DNA of 64,000 nucleotides from Azolla caroliniana (lineage: Eukaryota; Plantae; Polypodiophyta). The stretch spans positions 62,001-126,000 of the forward strand of contig JBHGNT010000046.1 in NCBI GenBank assembly GCA_043228905.1, given 5' to 3'. The notes beneath the pieces were generated by a model. The model searched no databases and had not been told where the DNA came from. It saw nothing but the letters and a program-made list of their open reading frames with translations. Below, in pieces: positions 27,721 to 41,200 of this stretch (positions are counted from its first letter, which is position 1; every line of letters begins with the position of its first letter). Position numbers and translations under genes: made by a program.

Positions 27721-29519
27721 CGACTTGAGTTTCAAAATCTTGATTTTTTAATGCCATATCATAGCTAGCGTTGTTAGCTTCGATTCGCATGTTTGAACAC
27801 AAACATCCGATATCACACGAGCAAGGAATGAACATTTTAATTTACTCAAGGGCTCCTCTCAACTGCCTCCTAAAATTTGGTAATTTCATCATGTCTTTCG
27901 ACCTGAGTTTCAAAATCTCGATTTTTTAATTCCATAGCATAGCTAGTGCTGTTAGCTTCGATTCGCATGTTTGAGCACAAAAATCCGATATCACACGACC
28001 CACGTATGAACATTTTAATTTTCCTACTAGCTCTTCCCAACTCACTCCTCAAATTTTGTAATTTCGTCATGTCTCTCGACCTGAGTTTCAAAATCTTGAT
28101 TTTTTAATTCCATATCATAGGTAGCGTTGTTAGCTTCGATTCTCATGTTTGAGCACAAAAATCCGATATCACACTCGCCTGGTATGAACATTTTAATTTA
28201 CTCAAGGGCTCCTCTCAACTCACTCCTCAAATTTGGTAATTTCGTCATGTCTCTCGACCTGAGTTTCAAAATCTTGATTTTTTAATTCGATATCATAGCT
28301 AGCGTTGTTAGCTTCGATTCGCATGTTTGAACACAGAAATCCGATACCACACGACCCAGGTATGAACATTTTAATTTACTCAAGGGCTCCTCTCAACTAA
28401 CTCCTCAAATTTGGTAATTTCATCATGTCTCTCGACCTGAGTTTCAAAATCTTGATTTTTTAATTCCATATCATAGCTAGCGTTGTTAGCTTCGATTCGC
28501 ATGTTTGAACACAAAAATCCGATATCACACGAGCCAGGTATGAACATTTTAATTTACTGAAGGGCTCCTCTCAACTCCCTCCTCATGTTTGGTAATTTCG
28601 TCATGTCTCTCGACCTGAGTTTCAAAATCTTGATTTTTTAATTCCATATCATAGCTAGCGTTGTTAGCTTCGATTCGCATGTTTGAGCACAAAAATCCGA
28701 TATCACACGAGCCACGCATGAACATTTTATTTTACCTCCAAGCTATTCTCAACTCACTCGTCAAATTTGGTAATTTCGTCATGTCTCTCTACCTGAGTTT
28801 CAAAATCTTGATTTTTTAATTCCATATCATAGCTAGCGCTGTTAGCTTCGATTCGCATGTTTGAACACAAAAATCCGATATCACACGAGCAAGGTATGAA
28901 CATTGTGTTTTACTCAAAGGCTCTTCTCAACTCCCTCCTCATGTTTGGTAATTTCGTCATGTCTCTGGACCTGAGTTTCAAAATCTTGATTTTTTAATTC
29001 CATATCATAGCTAGCGTTGTTAGCTTCGATTCGCATGTTTGAGCACAAAAATTCGATATCACACTCGCCAGGTATGAACATTTTAATTTACTCAAGGCCT
29101 CCTCTCAACTAACTCCTCAAATTTGGTAATTTCGTCATGTCTCTCGACCTGAGTTTCAAAATCTTGATTTTTTAATTCCATATCATAGCTAGCGTTGTTA
29201 GCTTCGATTCGCATGTTTGAACACAAAAATCCGATATCACACGAGCCACGTATGAACATTTTAATTTACTCAAGGGCTCCTCTCAACTCACTCCTCAAAT
29301 TTGGTAATTTCGTCATGTCTCTCGACCTGAGTTTCAAAATCTTGATTTTGTAAATCCATATCATAGCTAGCGTTGTTAGCTTCGATTCGCATGTTTGAAC
29401 TCAAAAATCCGATATCACACGACCCAGGTATGAACATTTTAATTTACTCAAGGGCTCTTCCCAACTCACTCCTCAAATTTGGTAATTTCGTCATGTCTCT
29501 CGACCTGAGTTTCAAAATC

Positions 29520-30900
29520 TTGATTTTTTAATGCCATATCATAGCTAGCGTTGTTAGCTTCGATTCGCATGTTTGAACACAAACATCCGATATCACACGA
29601 GCAAGGAATGAACATTTTAATTTACTCAAGGGCTCCTCTCAACTGCCTCCTAAAATTTGGTAATTTCATCATGTCTTTCGACCTGAGTTTCAAAATCTCG
29701 ATTTTTTAATTCCATAGCATAGCTAGTGCTGTTAGCTTCGATTCGCATGTTTGAGCACAAAAATCCGATATCACACGACCCACGTATGAACATTTTAATT
29801 TTCCTACTAGCTCTTCCCAACTCACTCCTCAAATTTTGTAATTTCGTCATGTCTCTCGACCTGAGTTTCAAAATCTTGATTTTTTAATTTCATATCATAG
29901 CTAGCGTTGTTAGCTTCGATTCGCATGTTTGAACACAAACATCCGATATCACACGAGCAAGGAATGAACATTTTAATTTACTCAAGGGCTCCTCTCAACT
30001 GCCTCCTAAAATTTGGTAATTTCATCATGTCTTTCGACCTGAGTTTCAAAATCTCGATTTTTTAATTCCATAGCATACCTAGTGCTGTTAGCTTCGATTC
30101 GCATGTTTGAGCACAAAAATCCGATATCACACGACCCACGTATGAACATTTTAATTTTCCTACTAGCTCTTCCCAACTCACTCCTCAAATTTTGTAATTT
30201 CGTCATGTCTCTCGACCTGAGTTTCAAAATCTTGATTTTTTAATTCCATATCATAGGTAGCGTTGTTAGCTTCGATTCTCATGTTTGAGCACAAAAATCC
30301 GATATCACACTCGCCTGGTATGAACATTTTAATTTACTCAAGGGCTCTTCCCAACTCAATCCTCAAATTTGGTAATTTCGTCATGTCTCTCGACCTGAGT
30401 TTCAAAATCTTGATTTTTTAATGCCATATCATAGCTAGCGTTGTTAGCTTCGATTCGCATGTTTGAACACTAACATCCGATATCACACGAGCAAGGAATG
30501 AACATTTTAATTTACTCAAGGGCTCCTCTCAACTGCCTCCTAAAATTTGGTAATTTCATCATGTCTTTCGACCTGAGTTTCAAAATCTCGATTTTTTAAT
30601 TCCATAGCATAGCTAGTGCTGTTAGCTTCGATTCGCATGTTTGAGCACAAAAATCCGATATCACACGACCCACGTATGAACATTTTAATTTTCCTACTAG
30701 CTCTTCCCAACTCACTCCTCAAATTTTGTAATTTCGTCATGTCTCTCGACCTGAGTTTCAAAATCTTGATTTTTTAATTCCATATCATAGGTAGCGTTGT
30801 TAGCTTCGATTCTCATGTTTGAGCACAAAAATCCGATATCACACTCGCCTGGTATGAACATTTTAATTTACTCAAGGGCTCCTCTCAACTCACTCCTCAA
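29520..30900 (+). repeat. Local 2-/3-monomer re-amplification
   Basis: The dimer marked by aactgcctcctaaa plus aaattttgta recurs at ORF markers 29650, 30006 (+356) and 30540 (+534). Confidence 0.82.
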
Positions 30901-33900
30901 ATTTGGTAATTTCGTCATGTCTCTCGACCTGAGTTTCAAAATCTTGATTTTTTAATTCCATATCATAGGTAGCGTTGTTAGCTTCGATTCGCATGTTTGA
31001 ACACAGAAATCCGATATCACACGACCCAGGTATGAACATTTTAATTTACTCAAGGACTCTTCCCAACTCACTCCTCAAATTTGGTAATTTCGTCATGTCT
31101 CTCGACCTGAGTTTCAAAATCTTGATTTTTTAATGCCATATCATAGCTAGCGTTGTTAGCTTCGATTCGCATGTTTAAACACAAACATCCGATATCACAC
31201 GAGCAAGGAATGAACATTTTCATTTACCTCCAAGCTATTCTCAACTTACTCCTCAAATTTGCTAATTTCATCAAGTCTCTTGACCTGAGTTTCAAAAACT
31301 TGATTTTTTAATTCTATATCATAGCTAGCGTTGTTAGCTGCGATTCGCATGTTTGACCACAAAAATCCGATATCACACGAGCCAGGTATGAACATTTTAA
31401 TTTTCCTACTAGCTCTTCCCAACTCACTCCTCAAATTTGGTAATTTCGTCATGTCTCTCGACCTGAGTTTCAAAATCTTGATTTTGGATTTCTATATCAT
31501 AGCTAGCGTTTTTAGCTTCGATTCGCATGTTTGAACACAAAAATGCGATATCACACGAGCCAGGTATGAACATTTTAATTTACTCAAGGGCTCCTCTCAA
31601 CTCACTCCTCATATTTGGCAATTTTGTCATGTCTCTCGACCTGAGTTTCAAAATCTTGATTTTTTATTTCTATATCATAGCTAGCAATGTTAGCTTCGAT
31701 TCGCATGTTTGAACACAAAATTGCGATATCACACGAGCCAGGTATGAACATTTTCATTTACTCAAGGGCTCCTCTCAACTCCCTCCTCATGTTTGGTAAT
31801 TTCATCATGTCTCTCGACGTGAGTTTCAAAATCTTGATTTTTTAATTCCATATCATAGCTAGCGTTGTTAGCTTCGATTCGCATGTTTGAACACAAAAAT
31901 CCGATATCACACGACCCAGGTATGAACATTTTAATTTACTCAAGGGCTCCTCTCAACTCACTCGTCAAATTTGGTAATTTCGTCATGGTTCTCGACCTGA
32001 GTTTCATAATCTTGATTTTTTAATTCCATATCATAGCTAGCGATGTTAGCTTCGATTCGCATGTTTGAACACAAAAATCCGATATCACACGAGCCAGGTA
32101 TGAACATTTTCATTTACCTCCAAGCTATTCTCAACTTACTCCTCAAATTTGCTAATTTCATCATGTCTCTCGACCTGAGTTTCAAAATCTTGATTTTTTA
32201 ATGCCATATCATAGCTAGCGTTGTTAGCTTCGATTCGCATGTTTGAGCATAAAAATTCGATATCACACGAGCCAGGTATGAACATTTTAATTTACTCAAG
32301 GGCTCCTCTCAACTCACTCCTCAAATTTGGTAATTTCATCATGTCTCTCGACCTGAGTTTCAAAATCTTGATTTTTTAATTCCATATCATAGCTAGCGTT
32401 GTTAGCTTCGATTCGCATGTTTGAACACAAAAATCCGATATCACACGAGCCACGTATGAACATTTTAATTTTCCTACTAGCTCTTCCCAACTCACTCCTC
32501 AAATTTGCTAATTTCGTCATGTCTCTCGACCTGAGTTTCAAAATCTTGATTTTTTAATTGCATATTATAGCTAGCGCTGTCAGCTTCGATACGCATGTTT
32601 GAACACAAAAATCCGATATCACACGAGCAAGGTATGAACATTTTGTTTTACTCAAGGGCTCCTTTCAACTCCCTCCTCATGTTTGGTAATTTCGTCATGT
32701 CTCTCGACCTGAGTTTCAAAATCTTGATTTTTTAATTCCATATTATAGCTAGCGTTGTTAGCTTCGATTCGCATGTTTGAACACAAAAATCCGATATTAC
32801 ACGAGCCAGGTATGAACATTGTATTTTACTCAAGGGCTCCTCTGAACTCCCTCCTAAAATTTGGTAATTTCATCATGTCTTTCGACCTGAGTTTCAAAAT
32901 CTCGATTTTTTAATTCCATATCATAGCTAGTGTTGTTAGCTTCGATTCGCATGTTTGAGCACAAAAATCCGATATCACACGAGCCACGTATGAACATTTT
33001 ATTTTACCTCCAAGCTATTCTCAACTCACTCGTCAAATTTGGTAATTTCGTCATGTCTCTCGACCTGAGTTTCAAAATCTTGATTTTTTAATTCCATATC
33101 ATAGCTAGCGCTGTTAGCTTCGATTCGCATGTTTGAACACAAAAATCCGATATCACACGAGCAAGGTATGAACATTTTGTTTTACTCAAGGGCTCTTCTC
33201 AACTCCCTCCTCATGTTTGGTAATTTCGTCATGTCTCTCGACCTGAGTTTCAAAATCTTGATTTTTTAATTCCATATCATAGCTAGCGTTGTTAGCTTCG
33301 ATTCGCATGTTTGAGCACAAAAATTCGATATCACACTCGCCAGGTATGAACATTTTAATTTACTCAAGGCCTCCTCTCAACTAACTCCTCAAATTTGGTA
33401 ATTTCGTCATGTCTCTCGACCTGAGTTTCAAAATCTTGATTTTTTAATTCCATATCATAGCTAGCGTTGTTAGCTTCGATTCGCATGTTTGAACACAAAA
33501 ATCCGATATCACACGAGCCAGGTATGAACATTTTAATTTACTCAAGGCCTCCTCTCAACTCCCTCCTCATGTTTGGTAATTTCGTCAAGTCTCTCGACCT
33601 GAGTTTCAAAATCTTGATTTTTTAATTCCATATCATAGCTAGCGTTGTTAGCTTCGATTCGCATGTTTGAACACAAAAATCCGATATTACACGAGCCAGG
33701 TATGAACATTTTAATTTACTCAAGGGCTCCTCTCAACTGACTCCTCAAATTTGGTAATTTCGTCATGTCTCTCGTCCTGAGTTTCAAAATCTTGATTTTG
33801 TAAATCCATATCATAGCTAGCGTTGTTAGCTTCGATTCGCATGTTTGAACTCAAAAATCCGATATCACACGACCCAGATATGAACATTTTAATTTACTCA

Positions 33901-34549
33901 AGGGCTCTTCCCAACTCACTCCTCAAATTTGGTAATTTCGTCATGTCTCTCGACCTGAGTTTCAAAATCTTGATTTTTTAATGCCATATCATAGCTAGCG
34001 TTGTTAGCTTCGATTCGCATGTTTGAACACAAACATCCGATATCACACGAGCAAGGAATGAACATTTTAATTTACTCAAGGGCTCCTCTCAACTGCCTCC
34101 TAAAATTTGGTAATTTCATCATGTCTTTCGACCTGAGTTTCAAAATCTCGATTTTTTAATTCCATAGCATACCTAGTGCTGTTAGCTTCGATTCGCATGT
34201 TTGAGCACAAAAATCCGATATCACACGACCCACGTATGAACATTTTAATTTTCCTACTAGCTCTTCCCAACTCACTCCTCAAATTTGGTAATTTCGTCAT
34301 GTCTCTCGACCTGAGTTTCAAAATCTTGATTTTTTAATTCCATATCATAGGTAGCGTTGTTAGCTTCGATTCTCATGTTTGAGCACAAAAATCCGATATC
34401 ACACTCGCCAGGTATGAACATTTTAATTTACTCAAGGGCTCCTCTCAACTCACTCCTCAAATTTGGTAATTTCGTCATGTCTCTCGACCTGAGTTTCAAA
34501 ATCTTGATTTTTTAATTCGATATCATAGCTAGCGTTGTTAGCTTCGATT

Positions 34550-37500
34550 CGCATGTTTGAACACAGAAATCCGATATCACACGACCCAGGTATGAACATT
34601 TTAATTTACTCAAGGGCTCTTCCCAACTCACTCGTCAAATTTGGTAATTTCGTCATGTCTCTCGACCTGAGTTTCAAAATCTTGATTTTTTAATTCCATA
34701 TCATAGCTAGCGCTGTTAGCTTCGATTCGCATGTTTGAACACAAAAATCCGATATCACACGAGCAAGGAATGAACATTTTAATTTACTCAAGGGCTCCTC
34801 TCAACTCACTCCTCAAATTTGGTAATTTCGTCATGTCTCTCGACCTGAGTTTCAAAATCTTGATTTTTTAATGCCATATCATAGCTAGCGTTGTTAGCTT
34901 CGATTCGCATGTTTGAACACAAACATCCGATATCACACGAGCAAGGAATGAACATTTTAATTTACTCAAGGGCTCCTCTCAACTCCCTCCTAAAATTTGG
35001 TAATTTCATCATGTCCTTCGACCTGAGTTTCAAAATCTCGATTTTTTAATTCCATAGCATAGCTTGTGCTGTTAGCTTCGATTCGCATGTTTGAACACAA
35101 ACATCCGATATCACACGAGCAAGGAATGAACATTTTAATTTACTCAAGGGCTCCTCCAAACTCACTCCTCAAATTTGCTAATTTCGTCATGTCTCTCGAC
35201 CTGAGTTTCAAAATCTTGATTTTTTAATTGCATATTATAGCTAGCGCTGTCAGCTTCGATACGCATGTTTGAACACAAAAATCCGATATCACACGAGCAA
35301 GGTATGAACATTTTGTTTTACTCAAGGGCTCCTCTCAACTCCCTCCTCATGTTTGGTAATTTCGTCATGTCTCTCGACCTGAGTTTCAAAATCTTGATTT
35401 TTTAATTCCATATCATAGCTAGCGTTGTTAGCTTCGATTCGCATGTTTGAACACAAAAATCCGATATTACACGAGCCAGGTATGAACATTGTATTTTACT
35501 CAAGGGCTCCTCTGAACTCCCTCCTAAAATTTGGTAATTTCATCATGTCTTTCGACCTGAGTTTCAAAATCTCGATTTTTTAATTCCATATCATAGCTAG
35601 TGTTGTTAGCTTCGATTCGCATGTTTGAGCACAAAAATCCGATATCACACGAGCCACGTATGAACATTTTATTTTACCTCCAAGCTATTCTCAACTCACT
35701 CGTCAAATTTGGTAATTTCGTCATGTCTCTCGACCTGAGTTTCAAAATCTTGATTTTTTAATTCCATATCATAGCTAGCACTGTTAGCTTCGATTCGCAT
35801 GTTTGAACACAAAAATCCGATATCACACGAGCAAGGTATGAACATTTTGTTTTACTCAAGGGCTCTTCTCAACTCCCTCCTCATGTTTGGTAATTTCGTC
35901 ATGTCTCTCGACCTGAGTTTCAAAATCTTGATTTTTTAATTCCATATCATAGCTAGCGTTGTTAGCTTCGATTCGCATGTTTGAGCACAAAAATTCGATA
36001 TCACACTCGCCAGGTATGAACATTTTAATTTACTCAAGGCCTCCTCTCAACTAACTCCTCAAATTTGGTAATTTCGTCATGTCTCTCGACCTGAGTTTCA
36101 AAATCTTGATTTTTTAATTCCATATCATAGCTAGCGTTGTTAGCTTCGATTCGCATGTTTGAACACAGAAATCCGATATCACACGACCCAGGTATGAACA
36201 TTTTAATTTACTCAAGGGCTCTTCCCAACTCACTCGTCAAATTTGGTAATTTCGTCATGTCTCTCGACCTGAGTTTCAAAATCTTGATTTTTTAATTCCA
36301 TATCATAGCTAGCGCTGTTAGCTTCGATTCGCATGTTTGAACACAAAAATCCGATATCACACGAGCAAGGAATGAACATTTTAATTTACTCAAGGGCTCC
36401 TCTCAACTCACTCCTCAAATTTGGTAATTTCGTCATGTCTCTCGACCTGAGTTTCAAAATCTTGATTTTTTAATGCCATATCATAGCTAGCGTTGTTAGC
36501 TTCGATTCGCATGTTTGAACACAAACATCCGATATCACACGAGCAAGGAATGAACATTTTAATTTACTCAAGGGCTCCTCTCAACTCCCTCCTAAAATTT
36601 GGTAATTTCATCATGTCCTTCGACCTGAGTTTCAAAATCTCGATTTTTTAATTCCATAGCATAGCTAGTGCTGTTAGCTTCGATTCGCATGTTTGAACAC
36701 AAACATCCGATATCACACGAGCAAGGAATGAACATTTTAATTTACTCAAGGGCTCCTCCAAACTCACTCCTCAAATTTGCTAATTTCGTCATGTCTCTCG
36801 ACCTGAGTTTCAAAATCTTGATTTTTTAATTGCATATTATAGCTAGCGCTGTCAGCTTCGATACGCATGTTTGAACACAAAAATCCGATATCACACGAGC
36901 AAGGTATGAACATTTTGTTTTACTCAAGGGCTCCTCTCAACTCCCTCCTCATGTTTGGTAATTTCGTCATGTCTCTCGACCTGAGTTTCAAAATCTTGAT
37001 TTTTTAATTCCATATCATAGCTAGCGTTGTTAGCTTCGATTCGCATGTTTGAACACAAAAATCCGATATTACACGAGCCAGGTATGAACATTGTATTTTA
37101 CTCAAGGGCTCCTCTGAACTCCCTCCTAAAATTTGGTAATTTCATCATGTCTTTCGACCTGAGTTTCAAAATCTCGATTTTTTAATTCCATATCATAGCT
37201 AGTGTTGTTAGCTTCGATTCGCATGTTTGAGCACAAAAATCCGATATCACACGAGCCACGTATGAACATTTTATTTTACCTCCAAGCTATTCTCAACTCA
37301 CTCGTCAAATTTGGTAATTTCGTCATGTCTCTCGACCTGAGTTTCAAAATCTTGATTTTTTAATTCCATATCATAGCTAGCACTGTTAGCTTCGATTCGC
37401 ATGTTTGAACACAAAAATCCGATATCACACGAGCAAGGTATGAACATTTTGTTTTACTCAAGGGCTCTTCTCAACTCCCTCCTCATGTTTGGTAATTTCG

Positions 37501-38220
37501 TCATGTCTCTCGACCTGAGTTTCAAAATCTTGATTTTTTAATTCCATATCATAGCTAGCGTTGTTAGCTTCGATTCGCATGTTTGAGCACAAAAATTCGA
37601 TATCACACTCGCCAGGTATGAACATTTTAATTTACTCAAGGCCTCCTCTCAACTAACTCCTCAAATTTGGTAATTTCGTCATGTCTCTCGACCTGAGTTT
37701 CAAAATCTTGATTTTTTAATTCCATATCATAGCTAGCGTTGTTAGCTTCGATTCGCATGTTTGAACACAGAAATCCGATATCACACGACCCAGGTATGAA
37801 CATTTTAATTTACTCAAGGGCTCTTCCCAACTCACTCGTCAAATTTGGTAATTTCGTCATGTCTCTCGACCTGAGTTTCAAAATCTTGATTTTTTAATTC
37901 CATATCATAGCTAGCGCTGTTAGCTTCGATTCGCATGTTTGAACACAAAAATCCGATATCACACGAGCAAGGAATGAACATTTTAATTTACTCAAGGGCT
38001 CCTCTCAACTCACTCCTCAAATTTGGTAATTTCGTCATGTCTCTCGACCTGAGTTTCAAAATCTTGATTTTTTAATGCCATATCATAGCTAGCGTTGTTA
38101 GCTTCGATTCGCATGTTTGAACACAAACATCCGATATCACACGAGCAAGGAATGAACATTTTAATTTACTCAAGGGCTCCTCTCAACTCCCTCCTAAAAT
38201 TTGGTAATTTCATCATGTCT
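34550..38220 (+). repeat. 9-monomer HOR (1602 bp), about 2.3 copies
   Basis: acacagaaat..gaccca occurs at 34561/36163/37765, and the private marker ctcctccaaa occurs at 35151/36753. Confidence 0.87.
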
Positions 38221-38229
38221 CTCGACCTG

Positions 38230-41200
38230 AGTTTCAAAATCTTGATTTTTTAATTCCATATCATAGCTAGCACTGTTAGCTTCGATTCGCATGTTTGAAC
38301 ACAAAAATCCGATATCACACGAGCAAGGTATGAACATTTTGTTTTACTCAAGGGCTCTTCTCAACTCCCTCCTCATGTTTGGTAATTTCGTCATGTCTCT
38401 CGACCTGAGTTTCAAAATCTTGATTTTTTAATTCCATATCATAGCTAGCGTTGTTAGCTTCGATTCGCATGTTTGAGCACAAAAATTCGATATCACACTC
38501 GCCAGGTATGAACATTTTAATTTACTCAAGGCCTCCTCTCAACTAACTCCTCAAATTTGGTAATTTCGTCATGTCTCTCGACCTGAGTTTCAAAATCTTG
38601 ATTTTTTAATTCCATATCATAGCTAGCGTTGATAGCTTCGATTCGCATGTTTGAACACAAAAATCCGATATCACACGAGCCAGGTATGAACATTTTAATT
38701 TACTCAAGAGCTCCTCTCAACTCACTCGTCAAATTTGGTAATTTCGTCATGGTTCTCGACCTGAGTTTCATAATCTTGATTTTTTAATTCCATATCATAG
38801 CTAGCGATGTTAGCTGCGATTCGCATGTTTGACCACAAAAATCCGATATCACACGAGCCACGTATGAACATTTTAATTTTCCTACTAGCTCTTCCCAACT
38901 CACTCCTCAAATTTGCTAATCTCGTCATGTCTCTCGACCTGAGTTTCAAAATATTGATTTTTTAATTGCATATTATAGCTAGCGCTGTCAGCTTCGATAC
39001 GCATGTTTGAACACAAAAATCCGATATCACACGAGCAAGGTATGAACATTTTGTTTTACTCAAGGGCTCCTCTCAACTCCCTCCTCATGTTTGGTAATTT
39101 CGTCATGTCTCTCGACCTGAGTTTCAAAATCTTGATTTTTTAATTCCATATCATAGCTAGCGTTGTTAGCTTCGATTCGCATGTTTGAACACAAAAATCC
39201 GATATTACACGAGCCAGGTATGAACATTGTATTTTACTCAAGGGCTCCTCTGAACTCCCTCCTAAAATTTGGTAATTTCATCATGTCTTTCGACCTGAGT
39301 TTCAAAATCTCGATTTTTTAATTCCATATCATAGCTAGTGTTGTTAGCTTCGATTCGCATGTTTGAGCACAAAAATCCGATATCACACGAGCCACGTATG
39401 AACATTTTATTTTACCTCCAAGCTATTCTCAACTCACTCGTCAAATTTGGTAATTTCGTCATGTCTCTCCACCTGAGTTTCAAAATCTTGATTTTTTAAT
39501 TCCATATCATAGCTAGCGCTGTTAGCTTCGATTCGCATGTTTGAACACAAAAATCCGATATCACACGAGCAAGGAATGAACATTTTCATTTACTCAAGGG
39601 CTCCTCTCAACTCACTCCTCAAATTTGGTAATTTCGTCATGTCTCTCGACCTGAGTTTCAAAATCTTGATTTTTTAATGCCATATCATAGCTAGCGTTGT
39701 TAGCTTCGATTCGCATGTTTGAACACAAACATCCGATATCACACGAGCAAGGAATGAACATTTTAATTTACTCAAGGGCTCCTCTCAACTCCCTCCTAAA
39801 ATTTGGTAATTTCATCATGTCTTTCGACCTGAGTTTCAAAATCTCGATTTTTTAATTCCATAGCATAGCTAGTGCTGTTAGCTTCGATTCGCATGTTTGA
39901 ACACAAACATCCGATATCACACGAGCAAGGAATGAACATTTTAATTTACTCAAGGGCTCCTCTCAACTCACTCCTCAAATTTGGTAATTTCATCATGTCT
40001 CTCGACCTGAGTTTCAAAATCTTGATTTTTTAATTCCATATCATAGCTAGCGTTGTTAGCTTCGATTCGCATGTTTGAGCACAAAAATTCGATATCACAC
40101 TCGCCAGGTATGAACATTTTAATTTACTCAAGGCCTCCTCTCAACTAACTCCTCAAATTTGGTAATTTCGTCATGTCTCTCGACCTGAGTTTCAAAATCT
40201 TGATTTTTTAATTCCATATCATAGCTAGCGTTGTTAGCTTCGATTCGCATGTTTGAACACAAAAATCCGATATCACACGAGCTAGGTATGAACATTTTAA
40301 TTTACTCAAGGGCTCCTCTCAACTCACTCCTCAAATATGGTAATTTCGTCATGTCTCTCGACCTGAGTTTCAAAATCTTGATTTTTTATTTCTATATCAT
40401 AGCTAGCGTTGTTAGCTTCGATTCGCATGTTTGAACACAAAAATGCGATATAACACGAGCCAGGTATGAACATTTTAATTTACCTCCAAGCTATTCTCAA
40501 CTGTCTCCTCAAATTTGCTAATTTCATCATGTCTCTCGACCTGAGTTTCAAAATCTTGATTTTTTAATTCTATATCATAGCTAGCGTTGTTAGCTTCGAT
40601 TCGCATGTTTGAACACAAAAATTCGATATCACACTCGCCAGGTATGAACATTTTAATTTACTCAAGGGCTCCTCTCAACTCACTCCTCAAATTTGGTAAT
40701 TTCGTCATGTCTCTCGACCTGAGTTTCAAAATCTTGATTTTTTAATTCGATATCATAGCTAGCGTTGTTAGCTTCGATTCGCATGTTTGAACACAAAAAT
40801 CCGATAGCACAATAGCCAGGTATGAACATTTTAATTTACTCAAGGGCTCCTCTCAACTCACTCCTGAAATTTGGTAATTTCATCATGTCTCTTGAGTTGA
40901 GTTTCAAAATCTTGATTTTTTAATTCCATATCATAGCTAGCGCTGTTAGCTTCGATTCGCATGTTTGAACACAAAAATCCGATATCACACGAGCAAGGAA
41001 TGAACATTTTAATTTACTCAAGGGCTCCTCTCAACTCACTCCTCAAATTTGGTAATTTCGTCATGTCTCTCGACCTGAGTTTCAAAATCTTGATTTTTTA
41101 ATGCCATATCATAGCTAGCGTTGTTAGCTTCGATTCGCATGTTTGAACACAAACATCCGATATCACACGAGCAAGGAATGAACATTTTAATTTACTCAAG

